Below, in pieces: positions 16,728-25,425 of a stretch of DNA of 50,838 nt (the first letter of the stretch is position 1; every line of letters begins with the position of its first letter). The notes beneath the pieces were generated by a model that saw only the letters and a list, made by a program, of their open reading frames with translations, did not search any database and was not told where the DNA came from. Source of the stretch: Minisyncoccota bacterium (GTDB lineage: Bacteria; Patescibacteriota; Minisyncoccia; Phycocordibacterales; UBA9973); assembly GCA_043718505.1 (NCBI GenBank), contig JAYSVN010000023.1:1-50838 (forward strand), in the 5' to 3' direction. The translations under genes and the position numbers were made by a program.

Positions 16728-17054
16728 ATGTTGCCTAAGGGTAAAAGAATGAAAGGGCTGGAGATTGCTCTTATTTTTTCTCGTGCCAAAACAGCCCGCA
16801 GCTCCCTTTTTATCCTTAAATATGTAAAAAATCCTACAACTAAACCATCTTTCGCTATAGCGGCTGCCAAAAAAGTTTTTAAAACAGCAGTTGAGAGAAA
16901 TAAAGTCCGTCGACGAATATATTCTGCTATTCGATCAGCTAAAATGGAAAATATTCCCTACTCAATCGTTATTATGCCAAACTATGAGGCAATACAAGCG
17001 CCGTATAAGAAGCTTGTCGAAGCAATTGAGACAATATGCAAAGACTTAAAATAA
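16728..17054 (+). CDS. rnpA: RNase P protein component. It starts at an internal Met of the 162-aa track ORF.
   Basis: The sequence [33 protein letters not shown]...[20 protein letters not shown] contains the RNR-type basic motif. The ATG lies 1 nt after the rpmH stop. Confidence 0.85.
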   Translation: MLPKGKRMKGLEIALIFSRAKTARSSLFILKYVKNPTTKPSFAIAAAKKVFKTAVERNKVRRRIYSAIRSAKMENIPYSIVIMPNYEAIQAPYKKLVEAIETICKDLK

Positions 17055-17290
17055 TCTTGAATACTGTCACTATAGCCCTCATTAGGGGTTATCAGAAATT
17101 CCTGTCACCTGACCATAGTTTCCTGCGATACATATTTCAAAAAAGAATTTGTCGCTTTCATCCGACATGCTCAGAATATGCAATTGAGGCCATAGAAAAA
17201 TATGGACTGTCAAAAGGTATTCCTATGGCAATGAAGCGTATTAGCCGCTGCCACCCATTTTCTCCAGGGGGGTATGATCCAGTCGAGTAG
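17036..17290 (+). CDS. yidD: Membrane protein insertion efficiency factor YidD
   Basis: YQKFLSP...[19 protein letters not shown]...[16 protein letters not shown]. Confidence 0.9.
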   Translation: MQRLKIILNTVTIALIRGYQKFLSPDHSFLRYIFQKRICRFHPTCSEYAIEAIEKYGLSKGIPMAMKRISRCHPFSPGGYDPVE

Positions 17291-17315
17291 AATAATAATT
17301 AAAAACTAGAAGTAA

Positions 17316-17348
17316 AAATCGGCAAATTGTATGCCGATTTTGATTTTT
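17316..17348 (+). terminator. Rho-independent terminator after yidD
   Basis: aaatcggca aattgta tgccgattt followed by tgattttt. Confidence 0.7.
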
Positions 17349-17373
17349 CCTTTCTCTCCGCTACAATACGAGG

Positions 17374-18105
17374 ATGTTTAAGACCCTTTGGAACGTCGTC
17401 CTCTATAATCCGCTCTACAACCTCCTCATCCTTCTCGTTGGGCTGTTTGGGGGAAATGCCGGGCTTGGTATTCTTGCTCTTACCCTCGTTGTAAAGGCAA
17501 TTTTATTGCCATTTACAGCCAAAACGATCAAAAGCCAGATTGCCATGAAGGCCATCGAGCCGAAATTACAGAAAATTCGTGAAGAGCACTCTACAGACAA
17601 ACAGCTTCAGACCAAGAAAACTTTTGAATTATATAAAGAGCACAAAGTAAATCCATTTACCGGCTGCCTACTTCTCCTGGTTCAGTTGCCGGTTATTATT
17701 GCTCTCTACCAGGTGGTGCTTGGTGGTTTCGATATCCGTCCCGAACTTCTCTATGGAGGTATCAACTTCCCTGAAAATATCAGCACAATGTTTCTCGGGC
17801 TTGATATTACAAAAAAGAGTTTAATCCTTGCTATTCTTGTCGCTGGCCTGCAATTCTTACAAGGCTGGCTCGCCGGAAAAAATATGGGACCAGTGGCCCC
17901 AACAACCGGTAAAAGTATGCAGGCTGATTTACAAAAGAGTATGCAAATGCAAATGAAATATTTCCTGCCTGTTATGGTTGGCTTCATTACCTATACGCTT
18001 CCGGCAGCCATCGGCCTCTATTGGGCCGCCAACATCCTGGTGACAATTGCCCAGGAATACTACCTTCGTAACCGATATAAAAAAATCTATGAGCGAAGCA
18101 ATTAA
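17374..18105 (+). CDS. yidC: YidC/Oxa1-family membrane insertase, short form
   Basis: It has multi-TM sequence with the LPFTAKTIKSQIAMKAIEPKLQKIRE pattern and a C-terminal GLYWAANILVTIAQ. TACAAT (17362-17367) lies 6 nt upstream of the ATG. Confidence 0.88.
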   Translation: MFKTLWNVVLYNPLYNLLILLVGLFGGNAGLGILALTLVVKAILLPFTAKTIKSQIAMKAIEPKLQKIREEHSTDKQLQTKKTFELYKEHKVNPFTGCLLLLVQLPVIIALYQVVLGGFDIRPELLYGGINFPENISTMFLGLDITKKSLILAILVAGLQFLQGWLAGKNMGPVAPTTGKSMQADLQKSMQMQMKYFLPVMVGFITYTLPAAIGLYWAANILVTIAQEYYLRNRYKKIYERSN

Positions 18106-18565
18106 AAAAATTATTGAAGAAGTTCTCAAGACCGGCAACTTATCCTATGAAGACATTACGCTCCATGTACCAGCGTCTGAAGAAATAGTTTGGTATCAGG
18201 TTCGAACTAGCGAGCCATATTCACTTATCGGCAACCACGGCGAAACACTTTCTGCCCTCAATCACTTAGTTAAAAAAATAGTCGATAAGAAAAAATCAGA
18301 AAATGATGCCGCCTTCGATTTCTTTATCGACGTTAACGATTTTCAGAAGAAAAAAGTTGATAATATTAAAACTATCGCTCACATGATGGCTGAGCGCGCC
18401 CGATTTTTCAAAAGCTCAGTTGAAGTTGATCCAATGTCACCATTTGAACGCAAAATAATGCATTCATATCTTTCAAAACACAATGATATAAAAACCGAAT
18501 CTGAGGGAACGGGCCCGAAGAGACATATAGTGATTCGGTACGTAGAAAACAAAGAGCAAATATAA
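18089..18565 (+). CDS. jag: Jag/SpoIIIJ-associated KH plus R3H RNA-binding protein. I place the start at the internal ATG 18089.
   Basis: An R3H-like segment FERKIMHSYLSKHNDIKTESEGTGPKRHIVIRY is present. The gene has conserved synteny after yidC. Confidence 0.75.
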   Translation: MSEAIKKIIEEVLKTGNLSYEDITLHVPASEEIVWYQVRTSEPYSLIGNHGETLSALNHLVKKIVDKKKSENDAAFDFFIDVNDFQKKKVDNIKTIAHMMAERARFFKSSVEVDPMSPFERKIMHSYLSKHNDIKTESEGTGPKRHIVIRYVENKEQI

Positions 18566-18573
18566 AAATCGCC

Positions 18574-19161
18574 ATGGAATCAAATCCGATCGAAATAGAA
18601 AAAAGTTCCAATCCCTACGAAAATATTATTAAAAGTGAAAGTTTCCAGAAATGGTTTTCTGGAAGTGTGGTGGTTGATGAAAATAACGAACCCCTGGTTG
18701 TATATCACTCAAGCACAATTAAGAATTTTGACGGCATTGAACTCAAGCCAGACACCCAGACTGATAATTGGTCTTCTTATGGTATATATTTTTCTTCAGA
18801 CAGGTCTGCTACCAGAGACTTCTTTAAGACAGATTATGAACAATCTACGGAGCGTTTTAAGAGACTAATGCGTGACCCGCTATTAAAGGAAAAAGACTCA
18901 ATTATTAAAGATCGCAAAGAATACGTAAAGAAACACGAACCCATTGTTAAAACATTTAATTCCTTTTTAAGTATAAAAAAACCCCTAAAATTAAATAACC
19001 ACCAAGAACTCATGGATCTCTATTATTCAGGTGCAACCAGAGAAAAACTTATGGAACACTATGATGGAATTATTGTGAAATTCGACCCTAATTTTACTGA
19101 CCAATATATAATTTTCAATCCTGAACAGGCAATGATTCTGCCGTCTAATTTAGCTGAATAA
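18574..19161 (+). CDS. Hypothetical protein, 195 aa. Its N-terminal region resembles the ADP-ribosyltransferase-like module of phage and plasmid polyvalent proteins.
   Basis: FQKWFSGSVVVDENNEPLVVYHSS...SYGIYFSSDRSATRDF matches the remembered pattern F..WFG.S.VVD..G.PLVVYHGT...G.YF(S/T). This has not been verified by any search. Confidence 0.4.
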   Translation: MESNPIEIEKSSNPYENIIKSESFQKWFSGSVVVDENNEPLVVYHSSTIKNFDGIELKPDTQTDNWSSYGIYFSSDRSATRDFFKTDYEQSTERFKRLMRDPLLKEKDSIIKDRKEYVKKHEPIVKTFNSFLSIKKPLKLNNHQELMDLYYSGATREKLMEHYDGIIVKFDPNFTDQYIIFNPEQAMILPSNLAE

Positions 19162-19165
19162 TTTT

Positions 19166-20494
19166 TTATTGATTAGAAGTTGTCTCAGGCCGCAGGTCCA
19201 AACTCCACAGCGAACCATCCTTTTTATTTAAGAAAACCAGAAATGTATTTAACGGATCAACTGTAAGATTCGTCGCATCTATTGAAGCACTTACATCTGA
19301 AGGATTGGCGATAACAACTGAAGAAAAAGTAGCCGTATCTATTTTATAAATCTGATCAGTAAAGCTCACAATTCCCTGGTACCAGGCGTCGGGATATTCG
19401 GCATTCGGCATATATGAAGGCACAGCACAGTAGAGAATAGTATTAGACTGCCACAGGCATTTTTCCGGCAATGTTGTTGCGCCAGGAAGTTGGAAGACGC
19501 CTTTTGAGCCCAAATTGTACAAACTCGTTGTTGTTGAACCGTTTCCTGCTCTTGATAAAAGAACTTGTTTGCCGTCGGGACTCATGAGCGTCGTTAAACC
19601 CAGGATACCGCCAAAGATTTTTTTCATGACCTTGCTTGATGTATCGATAGAGTAATAGTAACCGGGAACTTTGGCTGACGGTTTGGTTGTAAGCGTTACA
19701 AATTTCGCAGTCGGCCACTCAGTTGTCCAGTCTGAAAAAGCCAGAGAGAAAAGCTGATTCTTTTTTGTACCGTCAGGAAGAGAAATTGTACCGGCTGAAC
19801 CATTCTCCCCTTTTGCAACACTAAATATTTTTTCACGGTCCGGAGAAAGAGCAATTGCGGTAATATCTTCCGGTAAATATGTGCCCCGAAGACTTGTATC
19901 CGGCGAACCGTCTTTTTTGGCAATAAGCGGGATATTACCGGCGAATGTTTGAATCGCATTACTCGTGTCAGCATAACGAAGCACGGCCGTTGTTCCGGAT
20001 TTGCCGGTAAAAAATGACTCAACAATTTTTGGAATAGTAGTATTAGTTATTTTACTAATATCAATTTTATCTAAATAGGTTTCGTTGGTGTGACCAGTGG
20101 AACTTTCACTATAGCGAAGCATGGTCGCCGGTTCCATTTCTATTGGTACAGGTTTGCCATCTTTATCTTTTTTGTTTGGATCCTGTCCGGCCTTTGGTCG
20201 TGTGACATCAAAAGCGACAGCGCCTGAAATCGGTCCTTTGGCAACCATAACAAGCTTTGGTGGTTTACTTGGCTCAGGTATTTCGTCAGGCAGCACCTCG
20301 TCGTCGTTCTCATTGTCCGTTGTTCCATTTTGAGTATTATTGCCGCTATCATTAAATGGAAAAAGGTCCTGAAGAGAAAAACCACCACCTGTGTCAGTCG
20401 GCGTTTTTTTTGACGAAAAAAGCAGAAAATATGCCATAATCCCGGCGCCAAGGAGGAGAACAACCAATATGATGATGAAAATTTTTTTAAGCAT
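19166..20494 (-). CDS. Membrane-anchored protein, 442 aa, with an acidic/Pro linker and a TolB-like (PD40-type) beta-propeller region. It is the last gene of the T4SS-like train.
   Basis: The N-terminal TM segment is IFIIILVVLLLGAGIMAYFLLF. SPDREKIF and SPDGKQVLL repeats are present. The start lies 1 nt after the upstream stop. Confidence 0.6.
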   Translation of the reverse strand: MLKKIFIIILVVLLLGAGIMAYFLLFSSKKTPTDTGGGFSLQDLFPFNDSGNNTQNGTTDNENDDEVLPDEIPEPSKPPKLVMVAKGPISGAVAFDVTRPKAGQDPNKKDKDGKPVPIEMEPATMLRYSESSTGHTNETYLDKIDISKITNTTIPKIVESFFTGKSGTTAVLRYADTSNAIQTFAGNIPLIAKKDGSPDTSLRGTYLPEDITAIALSPDREKIFSVAKGENGSAGTISLPDGTKKNQLFSLAFSDWTTEWPTAKFVTLTTKPSAKVPGYYYSIDTSSKVMKKIFGGILGLTTLMSPDGKQVLLSRAGNGSTTTSLYNLGSKGVFQLPGATTLPEKCLWQSNTILYCAVPSYMPNAEYPDAWYQGIVSFTDQIYKIDTATFSSVVIANPSDVSASIDATNLTVDPLNTFLVFLNKKDGSLWSLDLRPETTSNQ

Positions 20495-20495
20495 G

Positions 20496-21797
20496 TTATT
20501 GAATGACCACTTTTGTTCCTGTCTTCATATATTTTGCCAGAACAATCAGATCATCATTATACATTCGAACACAACCGTTTGTGACAGCCAAACTATTCGA
20601 GGCCCGGCCGTGGAAACCAATTCCTCTGTCCGGCGTTGTACCAATATTTATAAATGCGGCACCCATATTGTATTTTCCACTGCGATCAAATATGGAATTG
20701 GTTTGATTTATTGAAAGTCGCTGATCAGTATTAATATATGTTGTACCTTTTGGTGTTTTACCGTCTCCACTTGTTGCTTGTGTAGCTTCAGCAATTCCAT
20801 TTTTACCAAGACCTACTGATACTGTTGCTGAGTCAGTCAGAGTACCGTTACTAATTTTAAAAGTAGCTTTTTTGGATGTTGTATCAACAACTATTTCCTG
20901 AAGTGTATAACCAGAACCAAGTTTTTGTCCGATCTGGGCGACTCCCGCGCTCGGGGCTGGGGTAAGAAAACTACCATGCATAGTGTAGCCGGCATTAGGA
21001 GCAGTTTGCTCTTCTGTTTGACCAAACAGTGTTTCATCAGGAGTAAATTGAATATTTACTTTATCTACTCCAAAGGTAAAATTCAGTAATTTGGGATTTA
21101 CTGTATTTAAAATCGCATAAGAGCCAAGAGCAATAATTAATCCGTACACAGCATTCTTAATTCTTGTTCTACCCTCTTCTTTGCCGCCAAGAGCATCAGT
21201 CGTCATATATTGAACACCGCCGAAGAAAATCATAATCACGGCCAGTACTCCGGCCAGACCGATCAGAATTTTATACATCATGCCGAAGTAATCATTGAGG
21301 TCTTTGTCGCGAATAACTGAAACTCCGCCGAGCGGTGCAAGAAGACAATAGCCGTCACGGCCGGCGGAACAAGTTGGTGTCGGGGTGGTACTTCCAACTC
21401 CAACAAAGTTAGCTTGAGTAGTAAAAGTAATTGCACCTGGAGTGTAAACGGTAGTAGGGTTGGCAGCGTCTACAATTTGGAAAGTATACGTTGTATTTGG
21501 CTGAAGGTTAGGAATAGTGTGAACAAAAGAACTATTCATAGGGGCAGTAAACGGTCCTTCAAATTGGTGAGGATACATACTAATTTCTCCGCCTTCCCAA
21601 TATTCAATTTTAACCTGCTTGTCAGTCATAAAATTACTGGTTGTACCAGTAATATCAGTCGAAGTTGGAGACGTTTGACTAATGTCCGAAGCACTAACTG
21701 TTATTGTCGGTAGAAGAAGTTGTGCCTGAGCCGTCGCAGAAAATAAAACACCCATTACTAAACATGAAATTATTATTTTTTTGAATGTCTTTTTCAT
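20496..21797 (-). CDS. Fusion protein, 433 aa: signal peptide, Fn3/Ig-like domain, T4SS (VirB2/TrbC-type) pilin module with 2 TM helices, and a C-terminal L,D-transpeptidase (YkuD) catalytic domain
   Basis: The pilin-like core is LLAPLGGVSVI...YKILIGLAGVLAVIMIFFGGVQYMTTDALGGKEEGRTRIKNAVYGLIIALGSYAILNTVNP. The YkuD motif is GFHGRASNSLAVTNGCVRM, giving His...Cys. Confidence 0.65.
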   Translation of the reverse strand: MKKTFKKIIISCLVMGVLFSATAQAQLLLPTITVSASDISQTSPTSTDITGTTSNFMTDKQVKIEYWEGGEISMYPHQFEGPFTAPMNSSFVHTIPNLQPNTTYTFQIVDAANPTTVYTPGAITFTTQANFVGVGSTTPTPTCSAGRDGYCLLAPLGGVSVIRDKDLNDYFGMMYKILIGLAGVLAVIMIFFGGVQYMTTDALGGKEEGRTRIKNAVYGLIIALGSYAILNTVNPKLLNFTFGVDKVNIQFTPDETLFGQTEEQTAPNAGYTMHGSFLTPAPSAGVAQIGQKLGSGYTLQEIVVDTTSKKATFKISNGTLTDSATVSVGLGKNGIAEATQATSGDGKTPKGTTYINTDQRLSINQTNSIFDRSGKYNMGAAFINIGTTPDRGIGFHGRASNSLAVTNGCVRMYNDDLIVLAKYMKTGTKVVIQ

Positions 21798-21798
21798 A

Positions 21799-22827
21799 TT
21801 ATTTTCCCAGCGTCACACTGACTGTCTGCTTAACCTCCTGAAAAAGCGTGATGATATTGGTAATATCGAGCGAAATAGTAGCCAGGCCGGCCTGGTTGTT
21901 ACCGCGAATAGTGAGCTCATTTGGTTTTTCCGGCGGCGGGACATTGGTGCCGTTAATTTTCCATTTATATTCCATATTTTTTCCTGTCACACTACTTTTG
22001 TTTTTGGAAAAGTAAAACGGCTCAGCCCTAATAGTCATTTCTCCACTTGGAAGACTAAAGCCGGTGTTGAGTAATTTATTTAATTTAAGACCGAGCGCCG
22101 GATTATTTTCATAAAACATAATCTGAGGTTTTACATAATTGAGATTGAGCGTACCAACACTACCACTTCCCGACTGACTTGAAACGTTAACCGAAACAAT
22201 GTCGCTTTGGTCGAGGTACGAATTTTTGACGATGTATGAATATTTACCGTAGCCGGAATTGGTCTGGTCAACGGTATATTTTTTCTTCCAGCTGTAGACT
22301 TTATTACCAGGAATAATTGAACCATTACTCTCAATAGGCAGAGCAACAACGTTTACTTTTGATTCCTGAGAAGCCATGGCCTTACCTTTATAAAAAGGAG
22401 AAACGTAGGAATCGGGCGCTTCCCAAAGGAGATCAACCTGAGAAGGCTGAATAGTAATTTTTTTATCAATTCTTGAACCCTCAGCGACAATAATGACAAT
22501 ATTTACTTCTGTTTTTGAACCAATATCGCCGGTTGTAAATGAAAATGTTGTCTTCCCTGTTCCAGAAATAGAATCTTTGCCGTTAATATTCCAGCTAATA
22601 CTGGCTTTATTAATGTTGGTAGAATAACTCGAAAGAGTAATTCTGACATTTTGATTTGGACCAGGAACCTCAGGTGAAATTTCCACATCAATATCATTAT
22701 CGCGAATTGCACCCGGATTTGTGAGAAAAGAAGCATCAAATTGGGCATGAGCAAAAATCGCTTTTCCGGCGAAAAAAACCAGGATAAAACTCAGAAAAAC
22801 AAAGCTAATATTTTTTACTATGCGCAT
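21799..22827 (-). CDS. Secreted protein, 342 aa, with about three Ig-like beta-sandwich repeats
   Basis: It has a signal peptide. The pattern ISWNINGKD / YSWKKKY / YKWKINGTN recurs. Confidence 0.6.
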   Translation of the reverse strand: MRIVKNISFVFLSFILVFFAGKAIFAHAQFDASFLTNPGAIRDNDIDVEISPEVPGPNQNVRITLSSYSTNINKASISWNINGKDSISGTGKTTFSFTTGDIGSKTEVNIVIIVAEGSRIDKKITIQPSQVDLLWEAPDSYVSPFYKGKAMASQESKVNVVALPIESNGSIIPGNKVYSWKKKYTVDQTNSGYGKYSYIVKNSYLDQSDIVSVNVSSQSGSGSVGTLNLNYVKPQIMFYENNPALGLKLNKLLNTGFSLPSGEMTIRAEPFYFSKNKSSVTGKNMEYKWKINGTNVPPPEKPNELTIRGNNQAGLATISLDITNIITLFQEVKQTVSVTLGK

Positions 22828-22834
22828 TAAAAGT

Positions 22835-22843
22835 ATTATAGCA
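22835..22843 (-). promoter_or_regulatory. Internal extended -10 promoter (TGcTATAAT), 7 nt upstream of ATG 22827
   Basis: The reverse complement reads tgctataat actttta ATG. It lies in the 56-nt gap after virB4. Confidence 0.6.
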
Positions 22844-22883
22844 GCAAAGCAGAGTAGAAACAGGCATCTCCTGAGGAAAGATT

Positions 22884-24728
22884 TTAACCAATCTTCGGTG
22901 CAGGACCGCCTTTTTCTGCTTCCTCGAGGTCGTCTTTGGCCTTTTTAATAGCCAAAACCTGCGATGGATCGGATGTAATAATCTGATCTTCAGTATATGA
23001 AGCAATGATTTTAATAGCCACGTGCTTAAGGCCGGCAAAAAAGATGCCTTCCCCGACATTTGACTCAAGCAAGAGGTATTTTTCCTCATCTGTCAGATTA
23101 AAAGTCTTTTGGAGGAGGTCAATTGAGCTCGGCGACTGTTTAAGGAGAAGTTGAAGCGAAGAGTTAGTCACGATAGGCGCGCCATACGGAGAACGCATAA
23201 AGTCAGCAACATCTTGAGTAATTGTACAGAGACCGAGATAGTATTTGCGGCAACGCTTGGCAATAGAGTAAAGGAAACTAGCCGTATCCTCTGATTTCAT
23301 CATCCACCAGGCCTCGTCAACAACAAGAAGGCGCTTCTTAATATCACGACGCACGGCATTCCAAATATAGTGAGTGACAATATACATAGCGACCGGCTTC
23401 AGGTCATCTTCCATATCGCGAACTGAAAAAACAATAAATTTTTTATTAATATCAATGTTCGTCGGCTGGTTAATAAAGTTTGCCCATGAACCTCGGGTAA
23501 ATTTTGTCAGACGCTGAATAATTGATTCACTACCCTCCATTCCGGAAAGCACCATTTCAAAGTCAGAGAGAAGCGGCGGCTCAATTGAAGCAAAATCAGA
23601 ATCAGGTGTAATATCTTTGATTGCATAGGTTTCAGTGATGGCTCGATCAATAACCGCGTCTTCTTCCGGCGTAAGCCCCCCAAGCATGATACGGAAAAGT
23701 CCGACAAGGTTAATAGTATTACTGCGCAAAACATCCGCCCCGGTTTCATCTTCGCGCGGAACCGGCAGATCAAATGGATTGATATGGTGTTCGGAAGAAA
23801 GTGAAATGTTGAAGAAGCGACCACCGACAGCTTCAGCCAAATATAAATATTCATGTTCCGGATCGATTACAATAACTTCCGTATCGAACATGAGCGTACG
23901 CAAAATTTCTAATTTTGTTGTATACGACTTACCGGAACCTGACTTGGCAAAAATAATTGAATTATAGTTTTCCAGAGAGAAACGATCGAAAATAACAAGT
24001 GAAGAGTTGTGACGATTAACGCCGTAGAGAATTCCTTTATTTGACGTCAGATCGAAGGAAACAAAAGGAAAAATCGAAGACAGGGGTTCAGAATTAAGCT
24101 TTTGGTGAACATTAAGAAGGTCATTTCCTATAGGTAAAACGCTCTTAAAACCGTCTTCCTGCATAAAGAGTGCCGGTTTAAAATAGACGAGGCGTGATTC
24201 AAGGATAGATTTAATTTCGTTTTCAGTTTTGAAAAGTTCATTTTCATTATCGGCATAAATAGTGAGGTAGAGGCCTATGTCAAAAATCTTTTCCTGAGCT
24301 TGTTGAAGATTATCACGCAAAGATTCAAGGTCTCGATAAGCAGTATCAAGCACCGGATCACGCACAAGGCCTTTGGCTTCACGGGAATTAATCTGACTTT
24401 GGACTTCAGCGACTTTTTTCTGGAATGTGCGCAGAATTTTAGTTGTTTCGATCGGATGAATAAAAATTGAAACATCAAAAATTTTATCCAGGTTAATAAC
24501 CGGTGAAAACCAATTATCAGTGAGAAAGCGCGGATATGAAATAACAAAATAAGTACGGGCAATTTTTCCACCGAGGCTGATGGACTTAGGATCAACCTTA
24601 AGCGCAGGTGGCGCAATCATGTCCTGAAATTCCAAAGTTGCGGCCTGGAAAATTTCCTGTGGTAACGTTGGCAGCGCAGTGGCGCTTTCAGTTTTTTTCT
24701 TATTTAAAATGTTATCAAATATGCCCAT
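22884..24728 (-). CDS. virB4: VirB4/TrbE/TraE-family T4SS ATPase, comprising the middle and ATPase domains
   Basis: Walker A IFAKSGSGKSYTTK, Walker B LLVVDEAWWMM, and CTITQDVADF. The N-terminal part IARTYFVISYPRFLTDNWFSPVINL resembles the VirB4 pre-ATPase region. Confidence 0.88.
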   Translation of the reverse strand: MGIFDNILNKKKTESATALPTLPQEIFQAATLEFQDMIAPPALKVDPKSISLGGKIARTYFVISYPRFLTDNWFSPVINLDKIFDVSIFIHPIETTKILRTFQKKVAEVQSQINSREAKGLVRDPVLDTAYRDLESLRDNLQQAQEKIFDIGLYLTIYADNENELFKTENEIKSILESRLVYFKPALFMQEDGFKSVLPIGNDLLNVHQKLNSEPLSSIFPFVSFDLTSNKGILYGVNRHNSSLVIFDRFSLENYNSIIFAKSGSGKSYTTKLEILRTLMFDTEVIVIDPEHEYLYLAEAVGGRFFNISLSSEHHINPFDLPVPREDETGADVLRSNTINLVGLFRIMLGGLTPEEDAVIDRAITETYAIKDITPDSDFASIEPPLLSDFEMVLSGMEGSESIIQRLTKFTRGSWANFINQPTNIDINKKFIVFSVRDMEDDLKPVAMYIVTHYIWNAVRRDIKKRLLVVDEAWWMMKSEDTASFLYSIAKRCRKYYLGLCTITQDVADFMRSPYGAPIVTNSSLQLLLKQSPSSIDLLQKTFNLTDEEKYLLLESNVGEGIFFAGLKHVAIKIIASYTEDQIITSDPSQVLAIKKAKDDLEEAEKGGPAPKIG

Positions 24729-24739
24729 ATGTTTTTGTT

Positions 24740-25378
24740 TTACGATTGAGCGGCTGATGTCCCCTCTCCCGGATTAAAGACTCTATAGAAAAGTTCAACA
24801 ATTTCCTCGCTGCCAAGTTGTGCAGTGCGGACGCCGACGCGGGAAAGTCCCTGGGAAATAACAGCGATACGCTGTTCAAGTTGGCTACGGGCTTCTTCAA
24901 ACTGTGTCGTGTCAATTTCACCAACTGTGTCCTTCTTTTTAACAAAGCTACTAAAAAGGCCGCTTAGTCCCTTGCCTCCTCCAAGCGTAGTTGGCGTAAA
25001 TGGCACAACAACGAAGAAGCTTTTTTCCATAATATTAGTCTGGTCTGAAAAAGCCCTGATAAATTCAATGTATTCTTTGGTCTGAATTTTAAGAAGAGGT
25101 TCGTTTTGATCTATTTCCCGGGCCTCAAGTGTGGCAAGGTATGGGCGCATATCACGGCGGCGGGAATGGATGACAATTTGAGTTGAAAATTCAAGTGTAT
25201 TAAGAAAGTTTTGGAATTGAAGGAGAATGGCGACTTGTTCATCGGCGGATTTGAGCGACAGATTAACAGATGTAGCCAGCAGAATTGCCCTAAGGCCGCC
25301 ATCTTTAAGAACCATGATGCCGTCGCGCACTTCACTAATTGAAATAAAGTTTTGAGTCGGTTTGCCGACAGGTGCCAT
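24740..25378 (-). CDS. Protein resembling the extreme N-terminal domain of Gram-positive VirB4 ATPases. It is possibly the detached 5' part of virB4.
   Basis: FISISEVRDGIMVLKDGGLRAILLATSVNLSLKSADEQVAILLQFQNFLNTLEFSTQIVIHSR matches the remembered VirB4 N-terminal pattern. It ends 11 nt before the virB4 ATG. I place the start at ATG 25378 rather than the track TTG at 25387. Confidence 0.5.
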   Translation of the reverse strand: MAPVGKPTQNFISISEVRDGIMVLKDGGLRAILLATSVNLSLKSADEQVAILLQFQNFLNTLEFSTQIVIHSRRRDMRPYLATLEAREIDQNEPLLKIQTKEYIEFIRAFSDQTNIMEKSFFVVVPFTPTTLGGGKGLSGLFSSFVKKKDTVGEIDTTQFEEARSQLEQRIAVISQGLSRVGVRTAQLGSEEIVELFYRVFNPGEGTSAAQS

Positions 25379-25425
25379 ACTAGACAATAATACCGCAGAT
25401 TGGCTTATATGCCACTACTTTTTCC

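Noticed and set aside
20380-20415. An A8/T8 homopolymer near the 5' end of the 442-aa gene, considered as a phase-variation switch
   Set aside because: This is a single short tract encoding Lys-Lys in an AT-rich genome. Similar A7-A8 runs occur in housekeeping genes, for example the PBP gene at about 11421. It is not distinguishable from background.
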